Shown here one piece after another: positions 36,631-44,959 of a stretch of DNA of 56,196 bases (positions are counted from its first letter, which is position 1; every line of letters starts with the position of its first letter). Both the position numbers and the translations under genes were made by a program. The stretch lies in contig JAKLPW010000276.1 in NCBI GenBank assembly GCA_022013675.1, positions 1 through 56,196 of the forward strand, read 5' to 3'. This DNA comes from Anaerolineae bacterium (lineage in GTDB: Bacteria; Chloroflexota; Anaerolineae; JAKLPW01). The notes below the pieces were generated by a model, which saw nothing but the letters and a program-made list of their open reading frames with translations, had not been told where the DNA came from and did not search any database.

Positions 36631-38469
36631 ATGTGCGGGATTGTTGGCTATGTGGGACACAGAGATGCATCTTTGGTGGTATTGCAGGGGCTGAAGCGTC
36701 TGGAGTACCGAGGATACGATTCCGCTGGGATGGCTACGATACAGAGCGGTTGTATCGAAGTCCGCCGGAGCGTAGGGAAGCTGGCGGCGCTGGAGGTGGT
36801 CCTGAAATCGAAACCGATGCGGGGCAATGTTGGTATCGGGCACACACGCTGGGCGACGCACGGTGGTGTAACGGAGGAAAACGCTCATCCTCATATGGAT
36901 TGCCGGGGCGAGATAGTGGTAATTCACAACGGGATCGTGGAGAATTACCTGGAGATCAAGTCAACGCTTTTAGAGCGGGGACATGTCTTCCGTTCGCAGA
37001 CTGATACTGAGGTTATTGCTCATTTAATCGAGGAGTATCAGTTAGATGGGGCGGATCCAGTTACCGCAGCACGCCGCGCGATCTCTGACTTGCAAGGGGC
37101 CAACGCGGTAGTCATTCTAGATTCCAGGAGTCCCCAGGCAATAATAGTCGCCAGGGTGGGAAATGCCGGAGGTGTAGTCATTGGCATAGGTGAGAAAGAG
37201 ATGTTTATCGCCTCGGATATGCCAGCCATTCTGAGCTACACTCAGCAGTTGGTATTCCTTGAGGATCAGGAATTAGCGATTGTGGAAGCGGACGGTGCCC
37301 AATACATGGACCTGGACGGTCGGCCAATTCGCAAGGAGGTCAACACGGCACTCTGGGATCCCGTCGCAGCAGAGAAGGGTGGTTATCGGCACTTCATGCT
37401 GAAGGAGATCCACGAGCAGGCTCGTTCAGTGACCGACACAATTCGGGGACGTATAGATTTCGATGCAGGGAGAGTGAACCTGGATATCGGATTCACGAAA
37501 GAAGAGATTCTGTCCCTGGACAGGATTCACTCTGTGGCTTGTGGGACCGCATACTACGCGGCATTGGTGGGCAAGTTCATGATCGAGAAGCTAGCCCGTG
37601 TTCCCGTTGAGGTGGACTACGGTTCAGAGTTTCGCTACAGGGAGCCCCTCCTAGGTGCAAACAGTCTCTTGCTTGCTGTCACGCAGTCTGGGGAAACGGT
37701 GGATACACTGGCCGCCATGGAGGAAGCACGCCGTAGGGGGCTACTATCCATTGCGGTGGTGAACGTGGTTGGCAGCCAGGCCAGTCGATTGGCCGATGCC
37801 GTAATCCATCTCAACGCAGGGCCCGAGATTGGTGTGGCCTCCACCAAGGCATTTACTTCCCAGCTAGTAGCACAGTTCCTGCTGGCTCTATACCTTGCGC
37901 AGGAGAGAAAGACAATTGATGAAGCGGAGATTAGGAAGCATTTACAGCATCTGGCTGAGTTGCCAAACCTGGTGGGAAAGGTCTTGACTGATGGCGAGCA
38001 GTATCAGACATTGGCCCAGAAGTACTTCAGACGCCAGGATTTCCTCTACTTAGGGCGGGGCATTAATTATCCTATTGCTCTGGAAGGCGCTTTGAAACTA
38101 AAGGAAATCTCTTACATACATGCTGAAGGGTACCCCGCAGGTGAGATGAAGCATGGTCCCATTGCCCTGATTGATGAGAACATGCCTGTGGTGGCGCTCG
38201 TGGCTCGGGATGTGGTGCGCAGCAAGATGTTGAGCAATATAGAGCAGGTCAAAGCCCGGGGTGGAATAGTCATAGCCGTAGCCAGTGAGGGCGACAATGA
38301 AGTAGCTAGCAAGGCAGATCACATGATAACTGTGCCGATAACGTCGCCGTTGCTGACGCCGGTGCTGATGGTCTTGCCGCTGCAACTCTTGGCCTATCAC
38401 ATCGGTGTCCGACGCGGATGCGATGTAGACCAACCGAGGAACCTTGCTAAATCGGTGACAGTGGAGTAA
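36631..38469 (+). CDS. glmS: Glutamine-fructose-6-phosphate transaminase
   Basis: Motifs MCGIVG, LEYRGYDSAG, GHTRWATHG, QSGET.DT and PRNLAKSVTVE. Confidence 0.98.
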   Translation: MCGIVGYVGHRDASLVVLQGLKRLEYRGYDSAGMATIQSGCIEVRRSVGKLAALEVVLKSKPMRGNVGIGHTRWATHGGVTEENAHPHMDCRGEIVVIHNGIVENYLEIKSTLLERGHVFRSQTDTEVIAHLIEEYQLDGADPVTAARRAISDLQGANAVVILDSRSPQAIIVARVGNAGGVVIGIGEKEMFIASDMPAILSYTQQLVFLEDQELAIVEADGAQYMDLDGRPIRKEVNTALWDPVAAEKGGYRHFMLKEIHEQARSVTDTIRGRIDFDAGRVNLDIGFTKEEILSLDRIHSVACGTAYYAALVGKFMIEKLARVPVEVDYGSEFRYREPLLGANSLLLAVTQSGETVDTLAAMEEARRRGLLSIAVVNVVGSQASRLADAVIHLNAGPEIGVASTKAFTSQLVAQFLLALYLAQERKTIDEAEIRKHLQHLAELPNLVGKVLTDGEQYQTLAQKYFRRQDFLYLGRGINYPIALEGALKLKEISYIHAEGYPAGEMKHGPIALIDENMPVVALVARDVVRSKMLSNIEQVKARGGIVIAVASEGDNEVASKADHMITVPITSPLLTPVLMVLPLQLLAYHIGVRRGCDVDQPRNLAKSVTVE

Positions 38470-38477
38470 AGTGTGGC

Positions 38478-39659
38478 ATGCGAATCGTGATGGTAGGTCC
38501 CTTCGGGTTGCGTCCAAAGGGAACTATGAACGTGCGGGCATTGCCTTTGGCCAAGGCTTTAGCTGCGCGAGGCCATAAAATCGACATAATACTTCCCTCG
38601 TGGCACTTGCCCGAGGACTCAGGGAAATCCTGGGAGGAGGAGGGGGTGGGCATACGGAACGTACCGCTCCCTCCTAGGTTGCCGGGTGTGTGGCATCTGT
38701 GGGTGGCTGGGCGTATGTTGCGCCAAGTGCTGGCTTTGAACCCTGACGTCGTACATTGCTTCAAACCTAAGGCCTACTCTGGCATAGTGGCGCTGAACCT
38801 TTGGGGCCTCCAGCGCCTGGGTGTTTTTACGGGCCGGATTGTGGTGGATAGCGATGACTGGGAAGGGAAGGGGGGGTGGAACGAGATTGAGGGATATAGT
38901 GCATTCCAGCGGATTGTCTTCGCCTGGCAGGAAAGATGGGGTCTGATTCACGCCAACGCCATTACCGTTGCGAGCCGCGCACTTGAGACGCTGACGTGGG
39001 GGTTGGGTGTTTCGCCTTCCGCAGTACATTATCTGCCTAACGGGAGCGCTTCTGGTAAGCTGGAAGAAGGTGATGGAGGCTGGGTAAGAGACAAGTATGG
39101 TCTCGAGGGCCGCCCTGTGATTCTGCTCTATACTCGTTTCTTTGAATTCAGCATCGAGAGGCTCATCGAGATCATGCGTCGTGTCGTGACTCAAGTACCC
39201 ACAGTGCGGTTGCTGGTTGTTGGGCGAGGGCTGTTCGGCGAAGAAGAGCGCTTCCTGGATTTGGCTCGTGCTGCTCATATTGGTAGTGCCGTGATCTATG
39301 CGGGCTGGGTTGAGCACAAAGACCTAGCTGACTACTTTGCTGCTTCGGATGTTGCCATCTATCCGTATGATGACACGCTAATCAACAGGACTAAATGCTC
39401 TGTGAAGCTGATCGAGTTGCTTGCGGCGGGCTTGCCCGTTGTCGCTGATCGTGTGGGGCAGAACAGAGAGTACATAAAAGATGGGGTTTCAGGCATACTC
39501 GTTGAGAACAGGATGGACACTTACGCGGATGCGGTGGTCAGGCTTCTGAGTGATGCTGAATTGCGGAGTAGGCTTGGGGTTGCTGCGCAAAAGAGCGTTT
39601 GGAGTGATTATAACTGGGGCAGACTTGCTGCTGTGGCAGAGAGGGCTTACGGAGAATGA
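38478..39659 (+). CDS. Glycosyltransferase family 4
   Basis: GT-B features: DVVH..K, D.DDWE and KLIELLAAGLPVVA...GQ..E.I.DG.SGIL. Confidence 0.88.
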   Translation: MRIVMVGPFGLRPKGTMNVRALPLAKALAARGHKIDIILPSWHLPEDSGKSWEEEGVGIRNVPLPPRLPGVWHLWVAGRMLRQVLALNPDVVHCFKPKAYSGIVALNLWGLQRLGVFTGRIVVDSDDWEGKGGWNEIEGYSAFQRIVFAWQERWGLIHANAITVASRALETLTWGLGVSPSAVHYLPNGSASGKLEEGDGGWVRDKYGLEGRPVILLYTRFFEFSIERLIEIMRRVVTQVPTVRLLVVGRGLFGEEERFLDLARAAHIGSAVIYAGWVEHKDLADYFAASDVAIYPYDDTLINRTKCSVKLIELLAAGLPVVADRVGQNREYIKDGVSGILVENRMDTYADAVVRLLSDAELRSRLGVAAQKSVWSDYNWGRLAAVAERAYGE

Positions 39660-40150
39660 TGGGTATCTCAGATAAACGGCTCTGGGTTAGCAGAATTGCA
39701 GGTCGATTCATTCACTACTGGCTGCCGGTGATCGCGTGGATGGCGTTGATCTTCATAGTGTCCGATCAGCCTCAGTTGCCTCACTATCCTACTGGCATGA
39801 TTGATCTACTGCTGAAGAAGTTGGGGCACCTGACCGAATATGCAGTGCTGGCAGTTCTTGTTCAACGAGCGTTGGCTCAGGGAGGGGCCTGCTCCACCGT
39901 TCCTGTATTGCCGTGTCTGTTGTCTATCGTCTATGCTCTGTCAGATGAATACCATCAGCTTTTCGTGCCAGGCCGCAACGGGAATCTGTGGGACGTTGGA
40001 GTGGATACTCTTGGAGCAGTGACCGGACTAGCTCTCTACGCTCGGTGTAGACTGTGGCGACCAGGCCGAAATCAGGATCTCCCCGAAAAGCTGGTCCTGA
40101 TGCACGTGAATCTGACGGCGCTTGATGAGCTCGAGGATAGCCAGGAATGA
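39656..40150 (+). CDS. VanZ-family membrane protein
   Basis: Motifs KLGHLTEYAVL, YALSDEYHQLFVPGR and DV.VDTLG. Confidence 0.88.
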   Translation: MMGISDKRLWVSRIAGRFIHYWLPVIAWMALIFIVSDQPQLPHYPTGMIDLLLKKLGHLTEYAVLAVLVQRALAQGGACSTVPVLPCLLSIVYALSDEYHQLFVPGRNGNLWDVGVDTLGAVTGLALYARCRLWRPGRNQDLPEKLVLMHVNLTALDELEDSQE

Positions 40151-40801
40151 CACAATGATCTCCATCCTGGATGACGAGGATCCGAGGAAATGCTGGAAGC
40201 TGAAGCGTCGCCGTTGTCGAGTGAGATGCATGATGTATTCGATCTTGTCTTCCACTCGGATAGTGAGGGGGGCAACCACGTGGTTCACAGCGATGGCAGG
40301 AGGGTGAGCTTCGAGGGCCTGTTTCATGCCCTCAAGAAGGTCCGCAAGGGATAGCCCCTCTAGGCAAATGCGGTGCTGCATTTTGGGAGGTGGTGCCAAT
40401 CGGGGATACGCCCGCAACCCGGATTCTCGTTTCTGGCGAAGAAGCCCAGCGATTTCCTTGAACCTTTTGTACATTCTGAGCTGGCGTGCCAGTTGCTCGC
40501 CCGGATCTTCCTCCTCCTCTCCTTCCAGGGTAGGAGGCCTGGGCAGCAACATGCGCGATTTGATCAGCAAGAGACGCGCAGCCACGACTAGAAAGTCGAC
40601 GATAGCCTCAGGTCGAACCTCTTCTATCAGTCGCAGGTGAATCAGGTATTGGTCTGTAATGGCTGCCAGGGAAACCCGTGTGATGTCAAGCTCCTGCTTC
40701 TCAATGAGCTTGAGAAGCAGGTCCATGGGTCCTTCATAGAGCTCGATCTTGACCACATATCCCGACGTAGTATCCCCTGTGAGACCGCTTGGATTGCTCA
40801 T
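40028..40801 (-). CDS. scpA: Segregation and condensation protein A
   Basis: Motifs YEGPMDLLL.LI, ITDQYL, FLVVAARLL.IKSR.LLP and FLAILEL. Confidence 0.93.
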   Translation of the reverse strand: MSNPSGLTGDTTSGYVVKIELYEGPMDLLLKLIEKQELDITRVSLAAITDQYLIHLRLIEEVRPEAIVDFLVVAARLLLIKSRMLLPRPPTLEGEEEEDPGEQLARQLRMYKRFKEIAGLLRQKRESGLRAYPRLAPPPKMQHRICLEGLSLADLLEGMKQALEAHPPAIAVNHVVAPLTIRVEDKIEYIMHLTRQRRRFSFQHFLGSSSSRMEIIVSFLAILELIKRRQIHVHQDQLFGEILISAWSPQSTPSVES

Positions 40802-40946
40802 CCGTGAGATTATACTCTAGCAAGGCTGGTTTGTCTATTTTGCACTGAAGCTCATTCCGTACTGCTACAATTTCCCCTTTTTAATCGGAATTGTGTTTCC
40901 GAGCATGGAGTGGTATAATGGTCGCTAAACCTCTAGGAGATAGGCA

Positions 40947-42713
40947 ATGCTCAAGACACACAAATGCGGAGAACTTCGAGAGCAGCACGTGGGCACACGC
41001 GTGACGTTGGCTGGATGGGTGCATCGACGACGTGATCATGGAGGCCTAACCTTCGTTGACTTGAGAGACCGATGGGGCGTCGTTCAGGTGGTTTTTAATC
41101 CAGACGGTAGTCCCGAGGCTCACCAGGTCGCTGCTGATCTGCGCCCTGAATATGTCATGCAGATTACGGGAACAGTACGCCTTCGCCCTGACACCATGAT
41201 CAATCCCAGCCTATCCACGGGGGAGATTGAAGTATTGGCTGAGGATGCGCGAATACTCAATGCTTCCAGGACGCCTGTTTTCTATATCAACAAAGACGAG
41301 AATGTGGATGAATCGTTGCGTCTGCGCTATCGCTATCTCGACCTGAGAAGGGAGCGTATGCAGCGTAATATCATCTTTCGCCATCGGGTTGTGAAGTTCA
41401 TTCGGGACTTTTTGTCAGAGAGGGAATTCGTGGAGATCGAGACGCCTATTCTGATCAAGAGCACCCCGGAAGGGGCAAGGGACTACATTGTGCCGAGCCG
41501 ATTGCATCCTGGGGAGTTCTATGCTCTCCCTCAATCACCTCAGCAACTTAAGCAATTGCTCATGGTAGCTGGCTTTGAGAAATACTTTCAGATCGCACGC
41601 TGTTTCCGGGATGAGGACCAGCGCGCTGATCGACAACCGGAGTTCACGCAATTGGACCTCGAGATGTCTTTCGCCGATCAGGAGGATGTCATCAGGTTGG
41701 CGGAAGAGATGTTCATTGCCCTGGTGGGCGATGTCTGTGACAAGCGAATAATGCAGATTCCTTTTCCCAGGCTCACCCACGCGGAGGCTCTGCAGAGATA
41801 TGGAAGCGACAAGCCCGATCTGCGCTTTGGGCTGCCTCTAGTTGATCTGTCCAGTCTGGTCGCACAGAGTGAGTTTCGTGTTTTTCAGCAAGTGCTGGAG
41901 CAAGGGGGACAAGTCAAGGGACTGCGAGCGCCCGGATGTGCGGGGTATTCGCGCCGCCAGTTAGACGATCTGGCCGACGTGGCACGCCGCCATGGTGCGC
42001 AGGGGGTGATTCATCTCGCATTGACACCAGAGGGAGTGAAATCGCCCGTGGCCAGATTTCTATCCCCTAGGGAGATTGAGGGAATCGTGGCAGGCACCGG
42101 AGCCCAGAGCGGGGACCTGGTGATCATTGTGGCAGACCAACCAGCTACGGCCGCGACTGCCCTGGGACAGCTACGTCTGGAATTTGGGCGACGTTTGGAG
42201 CTTGTGGATGACGATGTGCTAGCCTTTGCGTGGATTGTTGAGTTCCCTCTGTTGGAGTGGAGTGAGGAAGAGGAACGTTACACCGCAGTACATCACCCAT
42301 TCACTGCTGCGCTAGATGAGGATTTGCCACTTCTGGAGACAGAGCCACATCGTGTGCGTGCGAAGGCGTATGACATTGTGGCAAATGGCTGGGAGATTGG
42401 TGGCGGCAGCATACGAATACATCAGCGAGAGATCCAGGAACGGATGTTCCGCGCCATTGGGTTTACAGAGGAGGAGGCCCGTAGCCAGTTTGGGCATCTC
42501 CTGGAGGCATTTGAGTATGGCGCTCCACCTCACGGTGGTATAGCTCCGGGGATAGATCGCCTGGTAATGCTTTTGGCTGGAGAGCCAAATATCAGAGAAG
42601 TCATTGCTTTTCCGAAGTCTCAAAGCGCAGCCGATCTGATGATGGGAGCCCCATCACCAGTTTCGGAGGCGCAACTGCGGGATCTCCATTTGCGCTTGGA
42701 CTTGGAAGAGTGA
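40947..42713 (+). CDS. aspS: Aspartate-tRNA ligase
   Basis: Motifs [35 protein letters not shown] and [12 protein letters not shown]. Confidence 0.98.
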   Translation: MLKTHKCGELREQHVGTRVTLAGWVHRRRDHGGLTFVDLRDRWGVVQVVFNPDGSPEAHQVAADLRPEYVMQITGTVRLRPDTMINPSLSTGEIEVLAEDARILNASRTPVFYINKDENVDESLRLRYRYLDLRRERMQRNIIFRHRVVKFIRDFLSEREFVEIETPILIKSTPEGARDYIVPSRLHPGEFYALPQSPQQLKQLLMVAGFEKYFQIARCFRDEDQRADRQPEFTQLDLEMSFADQEDVIRLAEEMFIALVGDVCDKRIMQIPFPRLTHAEALQRYGSDKPDLRFGLPLVDLSSLVAQSEFRVFQQVLEQGGQVKGLRAPGCAGYSRRQLDDLADVARRHGAQGVIHLALTPEGVKSPVARFLSPREIEGIVAGTGAQSGDLVIIVADQPATAATALGQLRLEFGRRLELVDDDVLAFAWIVEFPLLEWSEEEERYTAVHHPFTAALDEDLPLLETEPHRVRAKAYDIVANGWEIGGGSIRIHQREIQERMFRAIGFTEEEARSQFGHLLEAFEYGAPPHGGIAPGIDRLVMLLAGEPNIREVIAFPKSQSAADLMMGAPSPVSEAQLRDLHLRLDLEE

Positions 42714-42744
42714 GGAGGAACGCGGGAAGGTGATTGGGATTGAT

Positions 42745-42773
42745 TTGCCCGCATCCTGATTTTGTGCTACAAT
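42745..42773 (+). promoter_or_regulatory. Promoter of the 6S RNA
   Basis: TTGCCC-N17-TACAAT with a TG extension, ending 6 nt before the RNA. Confidence 0.7.
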
Positions 42774-42779
42774 GTGATT

Positions 42780-42957
42780 GCGTTGCCCTGCGGTGCGCGT
42801 GATTGTCCATATCAGTTTTGAGCCAACACAGGTTTTGCGGGAGTCTGTCTCAGAAGGGGCGTCGTAATCTCTGCGGAGAGAAGACATAACCGACGGCAGA
42901 CACCCATATCTGCGAAAGCAGGTTCAAAACACATGGCACACGACACTGCGGGGAACG
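42780..42957 (+). ncRNA. ssrS: 6S RNA
   Basis: About 180 nt. Closing stem gcgtt.ccctgcggtg / cactgcgggaacgc, inner pairing ttttgagc / gttcaaaa, and gggag.ctgtc / ggcagacaccc. It lies directly downstream of aspS with its own promoter and terminator. Confidence 0.85.
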
Positions 42958-42979
42958 CGCTTTTAGTGTGGCAGTGCGG

Positions 42980-43020
42980 ACGAGGGGAGCAATTCGAGAG
43001 AAGAGCTCTCCTCGTTTTTG
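42980..43020 (+). terminator. Intrinsic terminator after the 6S RNA
   Basis: acgaggggagc...gctctcctcgt followed by a T-run. Confidence 0.8.
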
Positions 43021-43133
43021 TGTGGTTCTAGTTGACGCCTGATGGCGAAGAGATCCTCGGTAGGTCATATCTCTGAGTAGTCACTGTCCGAACGGGTTGT
43101 GGTTCTCCTGCGTTGGCGAGTCTCACTTTCTGC

Positions 43134-43162
43134 TTGACATCTGTTAATCTGTGTGTTATGCT
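43134..43162 (+). promoter_or_regulatory. sigma70-type promoter
   Basis: TTGACA-N17-TATGCT. Confidence 0.6.
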
Positions 43163-43192
43163 AATCCGCGAACTCGGAAAAGGAGAAGAATT

Positions 43193-44038
43193 GTGAGGCG
43201 AGAGCGGGTTGCGGACGGCGTCTACGCTTTTATAAGCGATATGTACGCGCAAGTGAACTGTGGGGTTATCCTTACGGAGAAGGGAGCCGTGGTTATAGAT
43301 ACGTTGCCCTTTCCTCAGGAGACTCGCCAGGTTCTGCGATTTATTCACGAACACCTAGGGCCTGACAGCGTTCGATATGTCATCAACACGCAATCCCACG
43401 CTGACCACATACACGGCACGTATTTATTCGGCGGAGCAACGGTCATTGCACATGAGAACTGTCGCGTCGAGTTGGAGACTTGGGGGGCAGAAAGCTTGGA
43501 AGAAGCCAAGAGAGAGGTACCAGAGCTTGGGGAAGTTGAGTTACGACTGCCTGACCTGACTTTCACGGATAGCCTGAGATTGGATATAGGAGGAAGACGG
43601 ATCCGCCTGTTGCATGTGCCAGGACACACGAGTGGCTCCATTGCCGTCTTCGTGGAAGAGGCCAAAGTCCTTTTTGCGGGAGATACAGTTATGCCTGTAC
43701 CCTATATCCGGTGGGGGAATTGGAGGGAGTATCGAGAATCTCTGAGCCGTATGAGGTTACTGAAGGCCGACGTAGTCGTTCAGGGTCATGGAGAAGTGTT
43801 GTTGCGTGGAGAGATGCGAGAGTCGATTGACTCCAGCATCGAGTATCTTGACTACATCAATGCAATGGTAACTGATTTTGTAAATCAGGGTGCAACAGAA
43901 GAAGAGGTAGAGCAGGTTGATATAGAGTCCTGTGGAAAGTCACGCATCCCTCTACATGGCCTTGTCATTCAATTGCACAGGGACAACCTGAGCTATCTGT
44001 ATCGAACCTTGCGGGAGCAGAAAGTGGCTTTTCCCTAG
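43193..44038 (+). CDS. MBL-fold metallo-hydrolase
   Basis: GTG after AGGAG; motifs NCGVI..VIDT, NTQSHADH, PGHT, LFAGD and QGHG. Confidence 0.85.
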   Translation: MRRERVADGVYAFISDMYAQVNCGVILTEKGAVVIDTLPFPQETRQVLRFIHEHLGPDSVRYVINTQSHADHIHGTYLFGGATVIAHENCRVELETWGAESLEEAKREVPELGEVELRLPDLTFTDSLRLDIGGRRIRLLHVPGHTSGSIAVFVEEAKVLFAGDTVMPVPYIRWGNWREYRESLSRMRLLKADVVVQGHGEVLLRGEMRESIDSSIEYLDYINAMVTDFVNQGATEEEVEQVDIESCGKSRIPLHGLVIQLHRDNLSYLYRTLREQKVAFP

Positions 44039-44127
44039 TTGACGACATTCGCCGCAGTTCGAGGAAGAACCAAACAGAGCTGTTACGAGAAGTATACTCA
44101 TTGGAAACAAGCAATTTGAAAGAGCGA

Positions 44128-44547
44128 TTAGTCTGAAATCACCAGATCCAAGGGATGAGCAAGCATGATCCTTGTTGCCAGTTTGAAGGAAAGCTGGTTC
44201 CAGAAGTCCAGGCGGTTACCCGGGACAGTGACTGCAAGGCAAGTTGCCCCTCGTTTCTTGAAGCGCTTGGCGATTTCTCGTACTAATGCAGTGCCGATTC
44301 CTCTCCTATGGTAGTCGGGATGGACCGAGACAATGTGAATGAGTGCTCTTGAGCCGTCATAGACACCCTTGATCATCCCCACTGGATGGCTATCCTCTTC
44401 AGCCACTAAGAATTCGGCGGCTTTGCAAGCCTGCACACGCAGCATCGCCTCTGGGCCCTCCGATGCAGGGTCGCCGTATTGAAGATTCGCGCGAAGTATC
44501 TCCACAAGCACATCGCAATCTGTGGGACTGAAGTCCCTGATGATCAT
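44128..44547 (-). CDS. GNAT-family N-acetyltransferase
   Basis: Motif A VSVHPDYHRRGIGTALV. Confidence 0.88.
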   Translation of the reverse strand: MIIRDFSPTDCDVLVEILRANLQYGDPASEGPEAMLRVQACKAAEFLVAEEDSHPVGMIKGVYDGSRALIHIVSVHPDYHRRGIGTALVREIAKRFKKRGATCLAVTVPGNRLDFWNQLSFKLATRIMLAHPLDLVISD

Positions 44548-44621
44548 GGTTTCCCCTCTTTTCTTATTGCTTTACTGTCTGTCGTCTTTCTGCTGAGTCC
44601 TGCCTGTATCACCTAGGCCAT

Positions 44622-44650
44622 ATTCTACATCTTGGTTGACTTGTTGTCAA
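44622..44650 (-). promoter_or_regulatory. Promoter of the GNAT gene with an overlapping TTGAC-N5-GTCAA inverted repeat
   Basis: TTGACA-N17-TAGAAT on the minus strand; inverted repeat at 44636-44650. Confidence 0.6.
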
Positions 44651-44701
44651 TCCCTATTGGTCGCAATCGTCTTTCGGATAGACTGAGTACCGCCGCAGCG
44701 C

Positions 44702-44797
44702 TTACACCAAGGCGCGAGCACAAGGCAATCTCCCTTCAAGTAGAACCGAGCGGATTTCCTGTCTGACGGTTGCTTCTGTGGCTGAAGCCATGATCAT
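44702..44797 (-). CDS. 31-aa small ORF or truncated gene (MIMASATEATVRQEIRSVLLEGRLPCARALV)
   Basis: AAGGAG RBS and an upstream TTGACA-N17-TATTAT promoter (44873-44845). Confidence 0.5.
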   Translation of the reverse strand: MIMASATEATVRQEIRSVLLEGRLPCARALV

Positions 44798-44887
44798 GAT
44801 TCTCCTTGTCTCTTTGATCTTGGGGTGTCATTGGGAGTCCCAGCATAATAACTGATTTGAGAGTCAGTGTCAAAAGCGAAGAGAGGA

Positions 44888-44916
44888 TTGACAGTCCCTC
44901 GGTTCTCCGATATACT
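44888..44916 (+). promoter_or_regulatory. sigma70-type promoter of mutS
   Basis: TTGACA-N17-TATACT. Confidence 0.7.
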
Positions 44917-44959
44917 GATTATGATTTACGAGTGGTTAGATCCTTGCCTGGAGGAAGTT

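Noticed and set aside
36600-36631. glmS ribozyme
   Set aside because: Only 10 bp separate glmS from the upstream gene.
42601-43354. Short minus-strand ORFs around the 6S locus
   Set aside because: They are shadows over aspS, the ncRNA and the MBL gene, with no motifs.
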